From: an uncultured candidate division Zixibacteria bacterium
GTDB taxonomy: Bacteria > Zixibacteria > MSB-5A5 > UBA10806
Direction of reading: 5' to 3'
Assembly (NCBI GenBank): GCA_963817915.1
Contig: CAWFQL010000009.1
Coordinates: 256,001-320,000 of the forward strand
DNA length: 64,000 bases
The notes under the pieces: generated by a model
Database searches by the model: none
Seen by the model: only the letters and a program-made list of their open reading frames with translations
Told to the model about the DNA's origin: nothing
Program-made: the position numbers and the translations under genes
In this document: piece after piece, positions 37,125 to 48,815 of the stretch
Layout of the letters: each line of letters starts with the position of its first letter
Position numbering within the stretch: the stretch's first letter is position 1

Positions 37125-38081
37125 TTATTTCCCCGATAATTTTGAAGGCAATAATTTAATTTTAAAAAACGGAGCACGCCCGAAAAGCCCCTGCGGACGA
37201 GTGATCATAATAATAATCAGGAGCAATGAATAGATTACCATGCGATATTCGGCGATCGATCTTAGCGCCTCAGGAAGTATGGTAAGTATGACTGCAGAAA
37301 TGATCACTCCAAAAATGCTACCCATGCCTCCTATGATTACCATGACAACTATTTCGAATGATTTCAGAAAGCCGAATTGCGACGGGTTTATATAGGTCAC
37401 AAAATGGGCGTAAAGCCCGCCGGCAATCCCCGCGAAAAATGCGCCCGTAACAAAGGCGATTACTTTATAGCGGGTGCTGTTAATCCCCATGGCCTCGGCA
37501 CCGATTTCATCATCGGATATGGCCAGAAAGCCTTTCCCGTAGGTGGAGTTGATCAGGTTATAAATTAAGAATATCAATATAGCGACACTGCCGAATACCC
37601 AGAAAAAATTGCTCATCTTGGGAATACCGGTGAAACCGCGAGCGGCTCCGAGAAAATCAAGATTCTGGACTATAACCCGGATAATCTCGCCCAGCCCAAG
37701 TGTTGTGATAGCCAGGTAATCACCCTTCAGGCGGAGGCTGGGAATTCCGACCAATAGACCAAAGATAGATGCCATCAAACCGCCTGCAAGCAGCACGAGC
37801 GCAAAGAGCATAGTGCTAAAGATGTCGCCAGGGCGAAGATTGAGAGAGGATGATATTACCGAGGCGGTGTAAGCCCCAACCGCCATGAACCCGGCATGAC
37901 CCAGCGAAAATTGGCCCGCGAAACCGTTGATTAGATTCAAGCTTGAGGCGAGAATGATATTGATCCCGATATAAATAATAATCTGGAAATAGTACGGGTT
38001 GATGTTGCGTTCAAATAGCGAACCAATGATGCTGACAGCAACCGCGATAATCAAATACAATGTCGGCTTGCGAATTTTCAC
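37125..38081 (-). CDS. livM: Branched-chain amino acid ABC permease
   Basis: GQFSLGHAGF, LRLKGDYLAITTLG, RPQGLFG. Confidence 0.93.
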   Translation of the reverse strand: MKIRKPTLYLIIAVAVSIIGSLFERNINPYYFQIIIYIGINIILASSLNLINGFAGQFSLGHAGFMAVGAYTASVISSSLNLRPGDIFSTMLFALVLLAGGLMASIFGLLVGIPSLRLKGDYLAITTLGLGEIIRVIVQNLDFLGAARGFTGIPKMSNFFWVFGSVAILIFLIYNLINSTYGKGFLAISDDEIGAEAMGINSTRYKVIAFVTGAFFAGIAGGLYAHFVTYINPSQFGFLKSFEIVVMVIIGGMGSIFGVIISAVILTILPEALRSIAEYRMVIYSLLLIIIMITRPQGLFGRAPFFKIKLLPSKLSGK

Positions 38082-38083
38082 AA

Positions 38084-38989
38084 TTAGACTTTCTCCGATT
38101 CGCTTTTGCCCAGCAATCCCGCGGGCTTGAATAACAATATCAATATCAGGATGGCGAATGCTATTGCGTCTCTAAAAGTCGGAGAGATATACCCTGCCAC
38201 AAACGTTTCGGTTACTCCAATAATCAATCCGCCAAGCGCGGCACCCATGATATTGCCAATTCCGCCCAATACAGCTGAGACAAAGGCTTTTAAGCCAGGG
38301 AATATTCCCATTAATGGATTGATACTGGGATAGACCGAAGCATATAAAATCGCCGCCGCCGCCGCCAGACTGGAACCCAAAATAAATGTAAACGAAATCA
38401 CTGTATCGATATCAATTCCCATAAGGCTGGCTGTTTTGTGATTGAATGACACCGCACGCATGGCCGTGCCTATTTTCGTATTGAAAACAATTATGCGCAA
38501 TAGAAGCATCAATATTAAAGCCGTGGCGATTACGACAATCGAATTAGTACCGATTATAAGGTCTTTGGTATTAATCACAGAACCCGATGGAATCAACTGC
38601 GGAAACGGCTTGGGATCGGGACCGAAGACGAGCTGGCCGCCATATTCGAGAAAGAATGAAACTCCTATGGCGGTTATCAAGACGGTTAATTTGGGACGTG
38701 AACGTAAAGGTCTATAGGCCAATTTCTCGATAAATACACCTAGCAATGAACAGATTAACATGGCGATCACGAGGACAACTATCCCTGAGATAAGTCCGGG
38801 ACCTCCAAAAAACGATATCACTCTCGGCCCGATATAAAAGCCGACAAAGGCGCCGACCATGAAAACGTCGCCGTGGGCGAAATTAATAAAGCGCAAAACG
38901 CCGTATATCATCGTATAGCCGATGGCGATCAAGGCATAGATACTGCCCAGCGAAAGGCCGTTGATGATCTGCTGGAGAAATTCGCTCAT
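38084..38989 (-). CDS. livH: Branched-chain amino acid ABC permease
   Basis: NGLSLGSIYALIAIGYTMIYG, NFAHG, KAFVSAVLGGIG. Confidence 0.95.
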   Translation of the reverse strand: MSEFLQQIINGLSLGSIYALIAIGYTMIYGVLRFINFAHGDVFMVGAFVGFYIGPRVISFFGGPGLISGIVVLVIAMLICSLLGVFIEKLAYRPLRSRPKLTVLITAIGVSFFLEYGGQLVFGPDPKPFPQLIPSGSVINTKDLIIGTNSIVVIATALILMLLLRIIVFNTKIGTAMRAVSFNHKTASLMGIDIDTVISFTFILGSSLAAAAAILYASVYPSINPLMGIFPGLKAFVSAVLGGIGNIMGAALGGLIIGVTETFVAGYISPTFRDAIAFAILILILLFKPAGLLGKSESEKV

Positions 38990-39010
38990 TTAATACTGAT
39001 ATTGTTCGGG

Positions 39011-40147
39011 CTAAGGCTGAATAGTTTCTTTGTAGCGAGCCTGACCATTTTCAACGGCGATAATTACTACCGATTTTCTCGCGTTACGATCTTTATCGAT
39101 TGTGATTGAGCCAGTAATGCCCTTATAATCCCTGGTGGCCGCAATAGCATCCCGTATAGCCGCCCCATTGGTCGAGCCTGCCCTGCCGATTGCATCGAAC
39201 ATGATATTGGCTGCATCGTAGCCGAGGGCGACCATGACATCGGGGATTTCAGTGCCATATAGCGAGTGATATTTCGCGACAAATTGCCTTACAACAGTAT
39301 TGGTATCATCGGCAGAATAGCCTGTCGCATAGTAGGAATTATTTAACGCGGGCCCACCGATTTCGATTAGCTTGGCAGAATCCCAACCATCGCCGCCCAT
39401 AAAGGGCATATTCATATTCAATTCGCGCGCCTGCTTGACTATCAAAGCAACTTCGGTATAATAACCGGGTACGACGATGGCTTCGGGGGCTGCGCCCTTT
39501 AGGTTTGTTAACTGCGCTTTAAAATCGCTATCTCCCTCGCTATATGCTTGCTCGGCAACAATAACACCGCCTAATTTCTCATAAGCTTCTTTAAAATACT
39601 GGGCCAAACCCACGCTGTAATCGTTCTTGATATCTTTCAGTATGGCAGCTTTGGTCAATTTGAGCGAATTGAAAACGAATTTCGCCATGACCTCGCCCTG
39701 GAAGGGATCGATGTAGCAGACTCTAAAAATGTAATCGCCTTTTTGGGTGACAGCCGGGTTTGTTGACGCGGGGCTGATCATCGGGATGCCATTGGCCTGA
39801 CAAATGGGAGCGGCGGCCAGACTTCGCGATGATGCCACTTCGCCAATGATGGCTTTGACATTGTCGCGGTTTATTAATTTAGTTACAGCGGATGCGGCTT
39901 CCTCTGGCTTTGACTGGGTATCTTCTGTCAATAGCTTGATTTTCTTGCCAAGCACTCCGCCTTTGGCATTAATTTCATCAACGGCCATCATCAAACCGCG
40001 ATGGGTCGATTGGCCGAATGTTGCAGTAGTGCCGGTCATCGATGAATATTCGCCAATCAGGATTTCATTTTGCGAGCCGCCCCCGCCGCATGATATGATT
40101 AATGCACAGGCGCCAACGGCCAGAATTGATGTCAAATACCGTTTCAT
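39011..40147 (-). CDS. livK: Branched-chain amino acid-binding lipoprotein
   Basis: IISC lipobox; AVDEINAKGGVLG, SPASTNP, FRVCYID, GGDGWDS, LGYDA. Confidence 0.9.
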   Translation of the reverse strand: MKRYLTSILAVGACALIISCGGGGSQNEILIGEYSSMTGTTATFGQSTHRGLMMAVDEINAKGGVLGKKIKLLTEDTQSKPEEAASAVTKLINRDNVKAIIGEVASSRSLAAAPICQANGIPMISPASTNPAVTQKGDYIFRVCYIDPFQGEVMAKFVFNSLKLTKAAILKDIKNDYSVGLAQYFKEAYEKLGGVIVAEQAYSEGDSDFKAQLTNLKGAAPEAIVVPGYYTEVALIVKQARELNMNMPFMGGDGWDSAKLIEIGGPALNNSYYATGYSADDTNTVVRQFVAKYHSLYGTEIPDVMVALGYDAANIMFDAIGRAGSTNGAAIRDAIAATRDYKGITGSITIDKDRNARKSVVIIAVENGQARYKETIQP

Positions 40148-40276
40148 TTTTTACCTTTCTTCTTATCCATTTTGGACATGAAGATATGAGTAAGAGATAC
40201 TATTTGTCAAGGAATGGGAAGGGGCATACGAGAGAAAATATACGGATATGGTTATTTTGACGGGGCGTTTACTGCT

Positions 40277-40411
40277 TCGTCGGGTGCGGAGACCCGACGA
40301 CACGGGTAAATTGCGGAAATTCGGACTTGCTAAGTTGCGGGCCGACACATGGGTCGGCCCCTACGGATAAATTCGTTTTCCAGAGGCGGGTTTGGTGAAT
40401 CAAACCCCTAC
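40277..40411. repeat. Three REP-like hairpins
   Basis: Family A (40277-40300); GGGCCGAC..GTCGGCCCCTAC (40339-64); GGGTTTG..CAAACCCCTAC (40388-411). Confidence 0.85.
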
Positions 40412-40419
40412 GGTTGCAA

Positions 40420-43400
40420 TTATGAAATACTATCGGCTTTTACGGTTTCATCGATCGGGATTGCGATCATCGATGCTTTTTTGCTGGACATATAGGAATA
40501 TAGAGCGGGGATAATATACAATGTCAATCCCAGGGAGAAAAGCAAACCGCCGATAATCACTATACCCATGGAGACGCGGCTTTTGGCGGCGGCGCCGAGA
40601 GCAAGAGCTATCGGCAAGACCCCGAAAACAGTCGCAAGGCTAGTCATTAATATAGGGCGGAATCTTTGGGCGGCGGCATCGATGACCGCTTCCTTAATGG
40701 CCAGGCCCTGCGCTTTTCGCTGGTTGGCAAACTCCACTATCAGAATTCCATTTTTGGTCACTATGCCTATTAACGCGATAATTCCAATCTGGCTAAATAT
40801 ATTAAATGTTTGTCGGAATATCCAAAGCGATAGGATCGCCCCGGCGAGCGCAAGCGGTACAGTGAACATGATAATCAACGGGTCTCTAAATGATTCGAAT
40901 TGGGCGGATAGAATTAGATATACTAAAATCAAGGCAAGCACAAAGGCGAATAGCAGTGTATTGGAGCTTTCGGCGTATTCTTTGGCGGTGCCGGCGAGGC
41001 TGGTTGAGAACGACTCATCGAGAACCTCTTTGGAAATCTTATCCATTTCATCGATTCCCTGGCCCAATGTGTAGCCCTTTGACGGAGACGCGCTTACTGT
41101 TGCAGCGATGTAGCGGTTGAAATGGTAAAGCTGAGGAGGGCTGCTGCGATAGGAGATTTTAACGATATTGTCAAGCTGGATTAGTTCATTGCGGCTATTG
41201 CGGATATAAATTGAATTCAGGTCCAAAGGCTCGTCGCGATTGGCCCTATTGGCCTGGGCGATAACTGAATACTGCTTGCCATTCTGAATGAAATATCCAT
41301 ACCGTTGGCCGCTGAAAAAGAGCTGTAATGTTTCCGCGATATCTCTGACAGTTATGCCCAGTGCCCTGGCTCGGTCGCGGTCAATTTCGATTGTCAATTC
41401 GGGTTTGTTGAATTTCAAATCGAGATCGACAACCTGGAATATGGGATCTGATTGGGCCTTGTCCATGAATTGAGGCAGAACTTCACGGAGCTTATCGAAA
41501 GTCGGTGCCTGAATGACATATTGAATTGGCAGGCCTCGTCCTCTCCCCCCGCCACCAATCGTCTGTTCTTGAGTGACATACGATCTCGCGAATGTATAAT
41601 CTTTAAGCTCGTTGGTGAGAGCGTCGGCAATATCCTGCTGACTTCGTTTGCGTTTATCAGGCGGCACAAGCGAGATTCTAACAAATCCGCTATTGACTCC
41701 GCCCATGGATGTCACCGAAAGGATAACATCTTTTTCCGGAATGGTATCGGCGACCGCGAGGATTTTGCCGACATAATCATACATGGCTTCGTACGATGTA
41801 CCTTCGGGGGCCGTGGAACTAATCATCAAACGGCTCTTGTCTTCCATGGGTGCCAATTCCGATGGAATAAGGGATCCGAGTCCAAAAATAATCGCCACGG
41901 AAGCCGCCATGATTAGCGGCGCCAGCCATTTTCTATCTATGAATACTCTTAGCGAACGATGATACCCTGCCGCCAGACGATTAAACCAATCTTCACTCAA
42001 TTTGAATAATTTGTTTTCATGAGTGGATTTATGAAGAATGCGGGCGCTCATCATTGGTGTCAGAGTCAATGAGACAAACGCGGATATCAAAACCGATCCG
42101 GCGACCACGATACCAAATTCCCTGAACAGCCTACCGGTTAATCCTTGTAAGAACATAATAGGCAAAAAGACCGACGCCAGGGTAATAGTCGTTGAAATAA
42201 TAGCGAATAAAATCTCTTTCGAACCTTTGAATCCGGCCTCGATAGGATCCATCCCCTTTTCGATACGCTTATAGATGTTTTCAAGTACAACAATGGCGTC
42301 ATCGACCACAATTCCTGTGGATAGGACGATTGCCAGCAGCGTAAGGATATTGATCGAAAATCCGGCAATATACATAATGAAAAATGAGCCAATTAACGAA
42401 ATAGGGATGGCGAGCATTGGAATAATGGTTGTCCGCCAATGGCGCAGGAAGACAAAAATAACCAACAGCACAAGGAGAAAAGCGATGATTATTGTTTCGA
42501 CTACCTCGGTGATGGCTCTACGGATATTAGCAGTAGTATCCTGGGCTATGGTCAATTTAACATCTTCGGGGACGTCTTTCATCATCTGAGCGGTTCGGCG
42601 CATTACCTCATCGGCAATCGCGATATGGTTTGAGCCCGGCTGCGGAACAACGTTGATTGACACCATCGGTTTGCCACCATTGCCGCGAAGGATCGATCTT
42701 TCATTCTCAGGCGCAAGAATCGCCTCGCCTACATCCCTGAATCTTATAGATGTGCCGCCAATTTCCCGGATGATTAAATTATTAAATTCCGCCGGTGTTG
42801 ATATTCTGCCGAATGTGCGAATGGATAACTCTGTCCCGTAGCCTTCAATACGACCGCTTGGCAATTCGACATTTTCCCGGTTGAGGGCGTTTCTGATATC
42901 AAGAGGGGTCAACCCATGCGCCGCAAGACGTGAAGGATCGATCATTAGTTTCATGGCGTATCTTTTTTCGCCCCAGATATCGACCGCGCTGACTCCGGGA
43001 ACAGTCTGCAGACCGTTCCTTGAAAATATCATTGGCGATAGCGGAGAGATCAAGCAAAGATCGTCTATCGCTTTGAATAGTCATTGATAAAATCGGGTTG
43101 GCATCGGCATCCGATTTGGAAATTGTCGGCGGATCGGCATCAGAGGGTATATCATGCGAAGCTCGCGATACTCGATCGCGCACGTCATTGGCCGCGTTCT
43201 CCATATCGACACCAAGCTCGAATTCGACTCTAATGGAGCTTCGGCCGTCGCTGCTGGTGGAAGTAAGCGAACGAATTCCAGCTATTCCGTTGATCGATTC
43301 TTCCAGCGGTTCGGTAATCTGCGATTCAATAATGTCGGCGTTGGCGCCAGTGTAGCTGGTGCTGACACTTACAATTGGCGGGTCTACGCTGGGATATTCT

Positions 43401-43504
43401 CTTACGCCCAAAAACAAAAAACCAATCGTACCGAAAAGCACGATTAGTATCGATAAAACTATCGATAAGACTGGACGACTGATACTGATTGATGAAATAT
43501 TCAT
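40420..43504 (-). CDS. RND efflux permease (AcrB/MdtB-like), frameshifted near 43012
   Basis: N-terminal 201 aa ORF (RPV, EYPSVDPP, ITEPLEE) and C-terminal 877 aa ORF (VDDAIVVLENI, KNGILIVEF, RFRPILMTS). Removing one base restores FKERLQTVPGV. Confidence 0.9.
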
Positions 43505-43516
43505 TAAATTACTTTA

Positions 43517-44653
43517 TTATTCGTTCTTCAAATTTGTAATCTTGACATTTTTGCCATCGGCAAGCTGCAGCAATCCGCTAACAATCAGAGTATCATCGGG
43601 ATTCAATCCCTGCGATATCTGGATTTCTCTTTCGGTCCTGATACCTGTTTTGACTGGGACAGATTTGGCCGCGCCATTCTGACAAATATAGATGATTTCA
43701 TTATTGATTTGAGGGATTATCGCCTCGGTTGGAATAACCACGGCGTTGGGGATTTCTTCCAAAGTTATTTCTATTTTTGCAAATGAGCCGGGAATGAGGT
43801 TCGATTTCGGATTGGGGATTTTGGCCCTGGCTTTTATAGTTCGTGTATCGGGGTCGATTTTCGATTCGACTGCAAATACGATTCCGTTGTGGCCTTCCTC
43901 TGAATCTCCCACATATACTAATATTTCAGTCCCATTTTTCATCTGTGCCGCATGTCTTTCCGGCACCGAAAATTCGACTTTCAGGGGGTCGATCTCCTGC
44001 ATAGTGGCAACAAGAATATTTGGTGTAACATAGCCGCCTTCGCTAATATAGCGTAAACCAACTATTCCATCGAATGGCGCTATAATTTCAGTTTTGGCAA
44101 GCTGTGATTCGATTACTTCCCGCTCGGCCTGTATCATTTGCAATGTATTGAGATACTTATTGTATTCTTCAAGACTTACCGCTTTGATATCGAGCAGACT
44201 CTTTTCACGGGTTTCATTGTCGGCGGCCTGCTTTTCCTCCAATTTTTTCCGTTTAAGCTGGGCCTGCAATTCCTGGTTATTGATACTGAGAAGCAAATCT
44301 CCCTTGTGAACTCGTTTCCCCTCTTCAAAATTGACACCCGTAACCCGGCCGGATATTTCAGAGCGCAACTCCACCTCTTCGTTGGCGAGAAGAGTGCCAG
44401 TTGTATTTATCTTATTCTGAAGCAGGCGGGGATGAATCACCAACGCCTCAACCGAGACAACCCCTTTCCCGCCCGCAGTACCGCGGCCCACGGTCTTGCT
44501 GTTGCCGCTTCCACAGCCATTGGCGAAATAACCTGACAATATTAATGCTATAATTATTTTGAAGGAGATATTTGAATATCGATTTTGCATATAAGACGCC
44601 ATTCTATTGAATTGAAACAATTTTTTCCAAGCTGCTAACCTTCTGTTTTTCAT
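43517..44653 (-). CDS. RND periplasmic adaptor (membrane fusion protein)
   Basis: GTLLANEEVELRSEISG, IIAPFDG, DTRTIKARA, PGSFA; possible lipobox ANGC; start may be 44590. Confidence 0.92.
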   Translation of the reverse strand: MKNRRLAAWKKLFQFNRMASYMQNRYSNISFKIIIALILSGYFANGCGSGNSKTVGRGTAGGKGVVSVEALVIHPRLLQNKINTTGTLLANEEVELRSEISGRVTGVNFEEGKRVHKGDLLLSINNQELQAQLKRKKLEEKQAADNETREKSLLDIKAVSLEEYNKYLNTLQMIQAEREVIESQLAKTEIIAPFDGIVGLRYISEGGYVTPNILVATMQEIDPLKVEFSVPERHAAQMKNGTEILVYVGDSEEGHNGIVFAVESKIDPDTRTIKARAKIPNPKSNLIPGSFAKIEITLEEIPNAVVIPTEAIIPQINNEIIYICQNGAAKSVPVKTGIRTEREIQISQGLNPDDTLIVSGLLQLADGKNVKITNLKNE

Positions 44654-44872
44654 AAGTAAATTCCAATATATACTATCTTAGTCTTAACCGCAATAAATGT
44701 TTCATTCCTTTGACATCAATACGGGATCATGGATTCAAAAACATTGACATTATCCGTGGGTATTTAATAGTATTCAGACGCTAGGGATAGAAGTTTATTG
44801 AGCAGCTTGTGTCCAGAAAATAGATTGTATATTGTAGTGCTGAAATGAAGGTCAGCGATAAGGGAGGTCAGT

Positions 44873-47008
44873 ATGTACTTGAAATCAAATTTATTGAAAT
44901 TAAGATTCGCATTGATTGCGCTTCTGCTGGTTTTAATTCTGAATCCGGCAATAATCCAGTCACAGACGACCGCACCGCCGGTGGCCAAAATAATTCCAAA
45001 AGCCGATACGCTTTTTGGAGACATACGAATAGATAATTATTACTGGATTAAGGAAAAGTCCAATCCTGAGGTAATCGATCTGATTAAAGCGGAAAATTCC
45101 TATACAGAATATAAAACTTCGCATTTGAAAGACTTGCAAGACAATCTTTACCGGGAAATGATTGGCCGTTTGAAGGAGACCGATACCAGCGCCGCCTATA
45201 GGATCGATGATTATTACTACTATACTCGCACCTTAAAAGGCAAGCAATATCCAATCTATTGCCGCAAAAACAAGAGCATGTCGGAAAAAGAAGAAGTCAT
45301 GCTCGACCTCAATGAATTAGCTATCGGTCAAAAATATCTCGATCTCGGAAATCTCAAGGTCAGCCCCAATCAGCGTTTTTTGGCATATTCGATCGACACA
45401 TCAGGCTCGGAGTCGTATTCGATTCGTATCAAGGATTTACAAACAAATCTGCAGCTGCCCGACCTAATTATTCCAACCGGATCGGAAATCGAATGGACCA
45501 ACGACAATAATACAATTTACTACGAGACCCTTGATAATACGCAAAGACCATACAGGCTTTATCGTCATAGAATGGGAGATAATCCCGCGAGCGACAATCT
45601 TGTTTATCAGGAAGATGACGAGGCATACTATCTCAATCTTTCGAAAACCCGAAGCAAAAAGTATCTGACAATTAATACAGAAAGTAATACGACAAATGAA
45701 ATCTTGGTTCTCGATGCCGACAATCCGGCGGCTCAATTCGAAGTTGTCGCCAAAAGACAGCACGAAATCAAATATTATATAGAGCATCAGGAAGATAAGT
45801 TCTACATTCTGACCAACGAGAACGCGAAGAATTTTAAGATTATGACGGCTTCGGTCAATGATTTGGATAAATCAAAATGGAACGAATATATACCTCATAA
45901 CGATTCGGTCAAAATCGAGGGTATCGATGCCTTCAAGCAATATATCGTTGTCTCCGAACGATCGGGCGGAATGCAAAAAATCCGAACGATTGTTATCGGA
46001 ACTAACAAGCCTAACTATGTGCAATTCCCAGACCCGGCTTACTCGATTTATCCGGCCGAGAATCCGAACTATGACACACCTGTTCTAAGAATTCGCTATA
46101 GCTCGTTGACTACGCCGTCTTCGACATTCGATTACGACATGAAAACGCAAAAATTAGTGCTCATCAAGCAAAATGAAGTCAAAGGGTATATTCCTGCCGA
46201 ATACAAGATGGAACGAGTATTGGCGACAGCATCGGACAATGTCAAGGTGCCAATTCTGCTGGTATATAAGAAGGCTTTATTTAAGGGAGATGGCACCAAC
46301 CCATTGCTTCTTGACGGCTACGGCGCCTACGGGATCTCCAGTGACGCTTATTTCGGATCAGCGAGGCTGTCGCTGATTGACAGGGGCTACGTCTATGCGA
46401 TTGCGCAGATACGAGGCGGCGGCGAAATGGGCCGTTGGTGGTATGATGACGGCAAATTGCTCAACAAGAAGAATACATTCACCGATTTTATCGCCTGCTC
46501 TGAATATCTGATAAATAACAAATATACCTCGAAAGAAAAACTCGAAATTGCAGGCGGCAGCGCCGGAGGGCTCTTGATTGGGGCTGTTGTCAATATGCGT
46601 CCCGATCTTTTCAAGGGTGTAATTGCCAATGTACCGTTCGTAGATATCCTAAATACTATGCTCGATCCGACGATACCATTGACTGTGACCGAATACGAAG
46701 AATGGGGCAACCCGCACGACAGCCTCTATTATTTCTATATGAAAAGCTATTCGCCATACGATAATGTAGTGAAAAAAGACTATCCTACAATGCTTGTGAC
46801 CGGCGGCCTTAACGATCCTCGGGTTTGCTATTGGGAGCCGACCAAATGGGTTTCCAAGCTGCGTGCGTTAAAGACCGATAACAACACACTGCTTCTAAAA
46901 ATCAATATGGGCGAGGGACACTTCGGTGTATCGGGAAGATACGCTGAATTAAAGGATGTGGCATTTCAGTATTCGTTTCTGTTGGACGCCTTGGGCATAA
47001 ATAAGTAA
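44873..47008 (+). CDS. ptrB: Oligopeptidase B (S9A) with signal peptide
   Basis: DNYYW, GYGAYG, RGGGEMG, GGSAGG (Ser), NDPRV (Asp), GHFG (His). Confidence 0.95.
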   Translation: MYLKSNLLKLRFALIALLLVLILNPAIIQSQTTAPPVAKIIPKADTLFGDIRIDNYYWIKEKSNPEVIDLIKAENSYTEYKTSHLKDLQDNLYREMIGRLKETDTSAAYRIDDYYYYTRTLKGKQYPIYCRKNKSMSEKEEVMLDLNELAIGQKYLDLGNLKVSPNQRFLAYSIDTSGSESYSIRIKDLQTNLQLPDLIIPTGSEIEWTNDNNTIYYETLDNTQRPYRLYRHRMGDNPASDNLVYQEDDEAYYLNLSKTRSKKYLTINTESNTTNEILVLDADNPAAQFEVVAKRQHEIKYYIEHQEDKFYILTNENAKNFKIMTASVNDLDKSKWNEYIPHNDSVKIEGIDAFKQYIVVSERSGGMQKIRTIVIGTNKPNYVQFPDPAYSIYPAENPNYDTPVLRIRYSSLTTPSSTFDYDMKTQKLVLIKQNEVKGYIPAEYKMERVLATASDNVKVPILLVYKKALFKGDGTNPLLLDGYGAYGISSDAYFGSARLSLIDRGYVYAIAQIRGGGEMGRWWYDDGKLLNKKNTFTDFIACSEYLINNKYTSKEKLEIAGGSAGGLLIGAVVNMRPDLFKGVIANVPFVDILNTMLDPTIPLTVTEYEEWGNPHDSLYYFYMKSYSPYDNVVKKDYPTMLVTGGLNDPRVCYWEPTKWVSKLRALKTDNNTLLLKINMGEGHFGVSGRYAELKDVAFQYSFLLDALGINK

Positions 47009-47018
47009 GGGGCAGTCT

Positions 47019-47591
47019 ATGCGGATTAAGAGATTGGCAAAAGGCAAAGTAAGAGCGATTAGATTGCCTAAAAAATGGCAAGGACGAAATGATACCCTTG
47101 TATCCGCGGAGATGCTTGATCTGGCGGTCGAGACGATCAAGAAACGAGCAAAATTAGATCGAACCTGGGATATCCCCTATCTTGCCGGGTATAGCAGGGA
47201 TGGCAAGACTATCTTTATCGATCGCCACCTGCCGAAATCGTTCATGGCGAATGGGAAGCGAATTTATGTAGATCAATTTTTGATTCTGCACGAAGCGGTC
47301 GAGAAATCGCTCCTTAACAAATTAGGTTTAATTTATCAAATGGCTCATCAGATAGCATTGAGGGCAGAGGAAGCCGCGGTAAGGGCGGCGGGGGTCTCGT
47401 GGCGTGAGTATGATAGGTTCATGCAGGATTTCATCAAGGAAGCGGGCGACGAGAGATTAACGCGGATTCCGCTCGATCTTGATATCAAGCCTTACAGAGA
47501 TGAGCGTGATACCGAAGTTCTCAAGGCGATGCAGAGAGCGAGGAAGCGAGAGAGAGACTATAGATCGCGGCGAAATGCTCTACCAATTTGA
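47019..47591 (+). CDS. Hypothetical protein with HExxE...H putative metal site
   Basis: DIPYLAGYS.DG..IFIDR; LHEAVEK...AHQIA..AE; 10 bp after the ptrB stop, with AAGGGG SD. Confidence 0.7.
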   Translation: MRIKRLAKGKVRAIRLPKKWQGRNDTLVSAEMLDLAVETIKKRAKLDRTWDIPYLAGYSRDGKTIFIDRHLPKSFMANGKRIYVDQFLILHEAVEKSLLNKLGLIYQMAHQIALRAEEAAVRAAGVSWREYDRFMQDFIKEAGDERLTRIPLDLDIKPYRDERDTEVLKAMQRARKRERDYRSRRNALPI

Positions 47592-48780
47592 ATCCAATAT
47601 CTGCGGCCAATTTGGATCATTTTCTATGCGGCTTTTGATTTCTTTATAATAATCGTCTTTGCTCTCAACCCCTACTGGCCAGTAGAGATTAAAGAGACTA
47701 TCAGCTCTATTCGGTTCCCCAGCAAAATAGTAACCAAAGACCATATATATATTGAAATAAGTAGGCACCTTGATAGAATCGTGCACCGAAATCTGAAGAC
47801 TCATTGGGCTGTCTATGTCATTTATTGGCGGCATTTGATTTATCCCCAATGTATCTAATAAGTATTTGGAGAATTTCATATGGCCAGGAACGGTAATTTT
47901 TGTAAATACCATCCCAACTTCCAAAGCTAAGATTGTTTCTGCTAGAATGATTCATGATAATAATTATCAAGGGAAGGGATGTATTTCAGCATCTACAATT
48001 AAGATATGAAAACAAAAAAAATCCTCATAGTGGATGACGTATTCCAGCTGAGACATCGCTACACGAATTTCTTACGGAACATGGGTATATAATTGTAGAT
48101 ACTGACAATGGCGCATCCGCATGGAAGGAGCAAAAGGCGTCGTCCCAAGTAATTATTTCGAGAATTGAGTCATTTTCAATATCGACCAACTCGAAAGCAA
48201 ATGTAGGCTTAATTTCAAGAAGCAGTTTAGCACTATCGCTCAAACGGAATATAAATATCCGGATCTTCACGAGGACAACTTGCGCCTTCGGTGGCGTAAG
48301 ATACGTATCAAATCCTCCTTGAGCCCGTCCTTATTGATTTATTATCCGCAGATAGCAATTGTCTTTCACATATGGCAAAACAATCGCAAATAAATAATTA
48401 GAATACACCGCTGTTTGAAGCCGACCACAAATTTGGATCGATTCTTTTTGGCCCATGAATATCGCAATACATTGATCAGTGCTTCTATGATTCCGTTGAA
48501 AAAAGTCTCCATAATGCTAGTCGTAATAGATTTATAGCCATCAAGATAAAGCGATCAGTCGACCGTAGAATTTGAAGAAGCTCCGGATAAGGATTATCGA
48601 GGGCGTATGCTGAATTATTTTTGGTGAATCAGATACGGTCGAAGCGATAAATATTTAGCAAACCTTGGATTTGAAGGTTGAGAGACGCCGTGATAAGCGT
48701 GCTATCAGCCGATACATCTGCCAAAACAAATAAAGATAATCCGGCAACCCAATAGAATCTTTCAATTGAAATATTTATAC
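47580..48780 (-). pseudogene. Fragmented secreted-protein gene, interrupted by an oppositely oriented receiver-domain fragment
   Basis: Pieces 48629-48829 (signal-like), 48025-48270 (ELVDIENDSILEIITWDDAF) and 47580-47924 read as one decayed gene; multiple stops and shifts. Confidence 0.45.
48006..48135 (+). pseudogene. N-terminal fragment of a response-regulator receiver domain
   Basis: MKTKKILIVDDVFQLR / shift / SLHEFLTEHGYIIVDTDNGASAW; no phospho-Asp half follows. Confidence 0.55.
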
Positions 48781-48815
48781 AAGGAGGATTCTGACTAGAT
48801 TTGACTTCGGGTATT

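Noticed and set aside
42899..43053. Programmed ribosomal frameshifting in RND, sqr, pepC or rdgB
   Set aside because: No slippery sequence or shared signal; single-base insertion errors are the simpler explanation.
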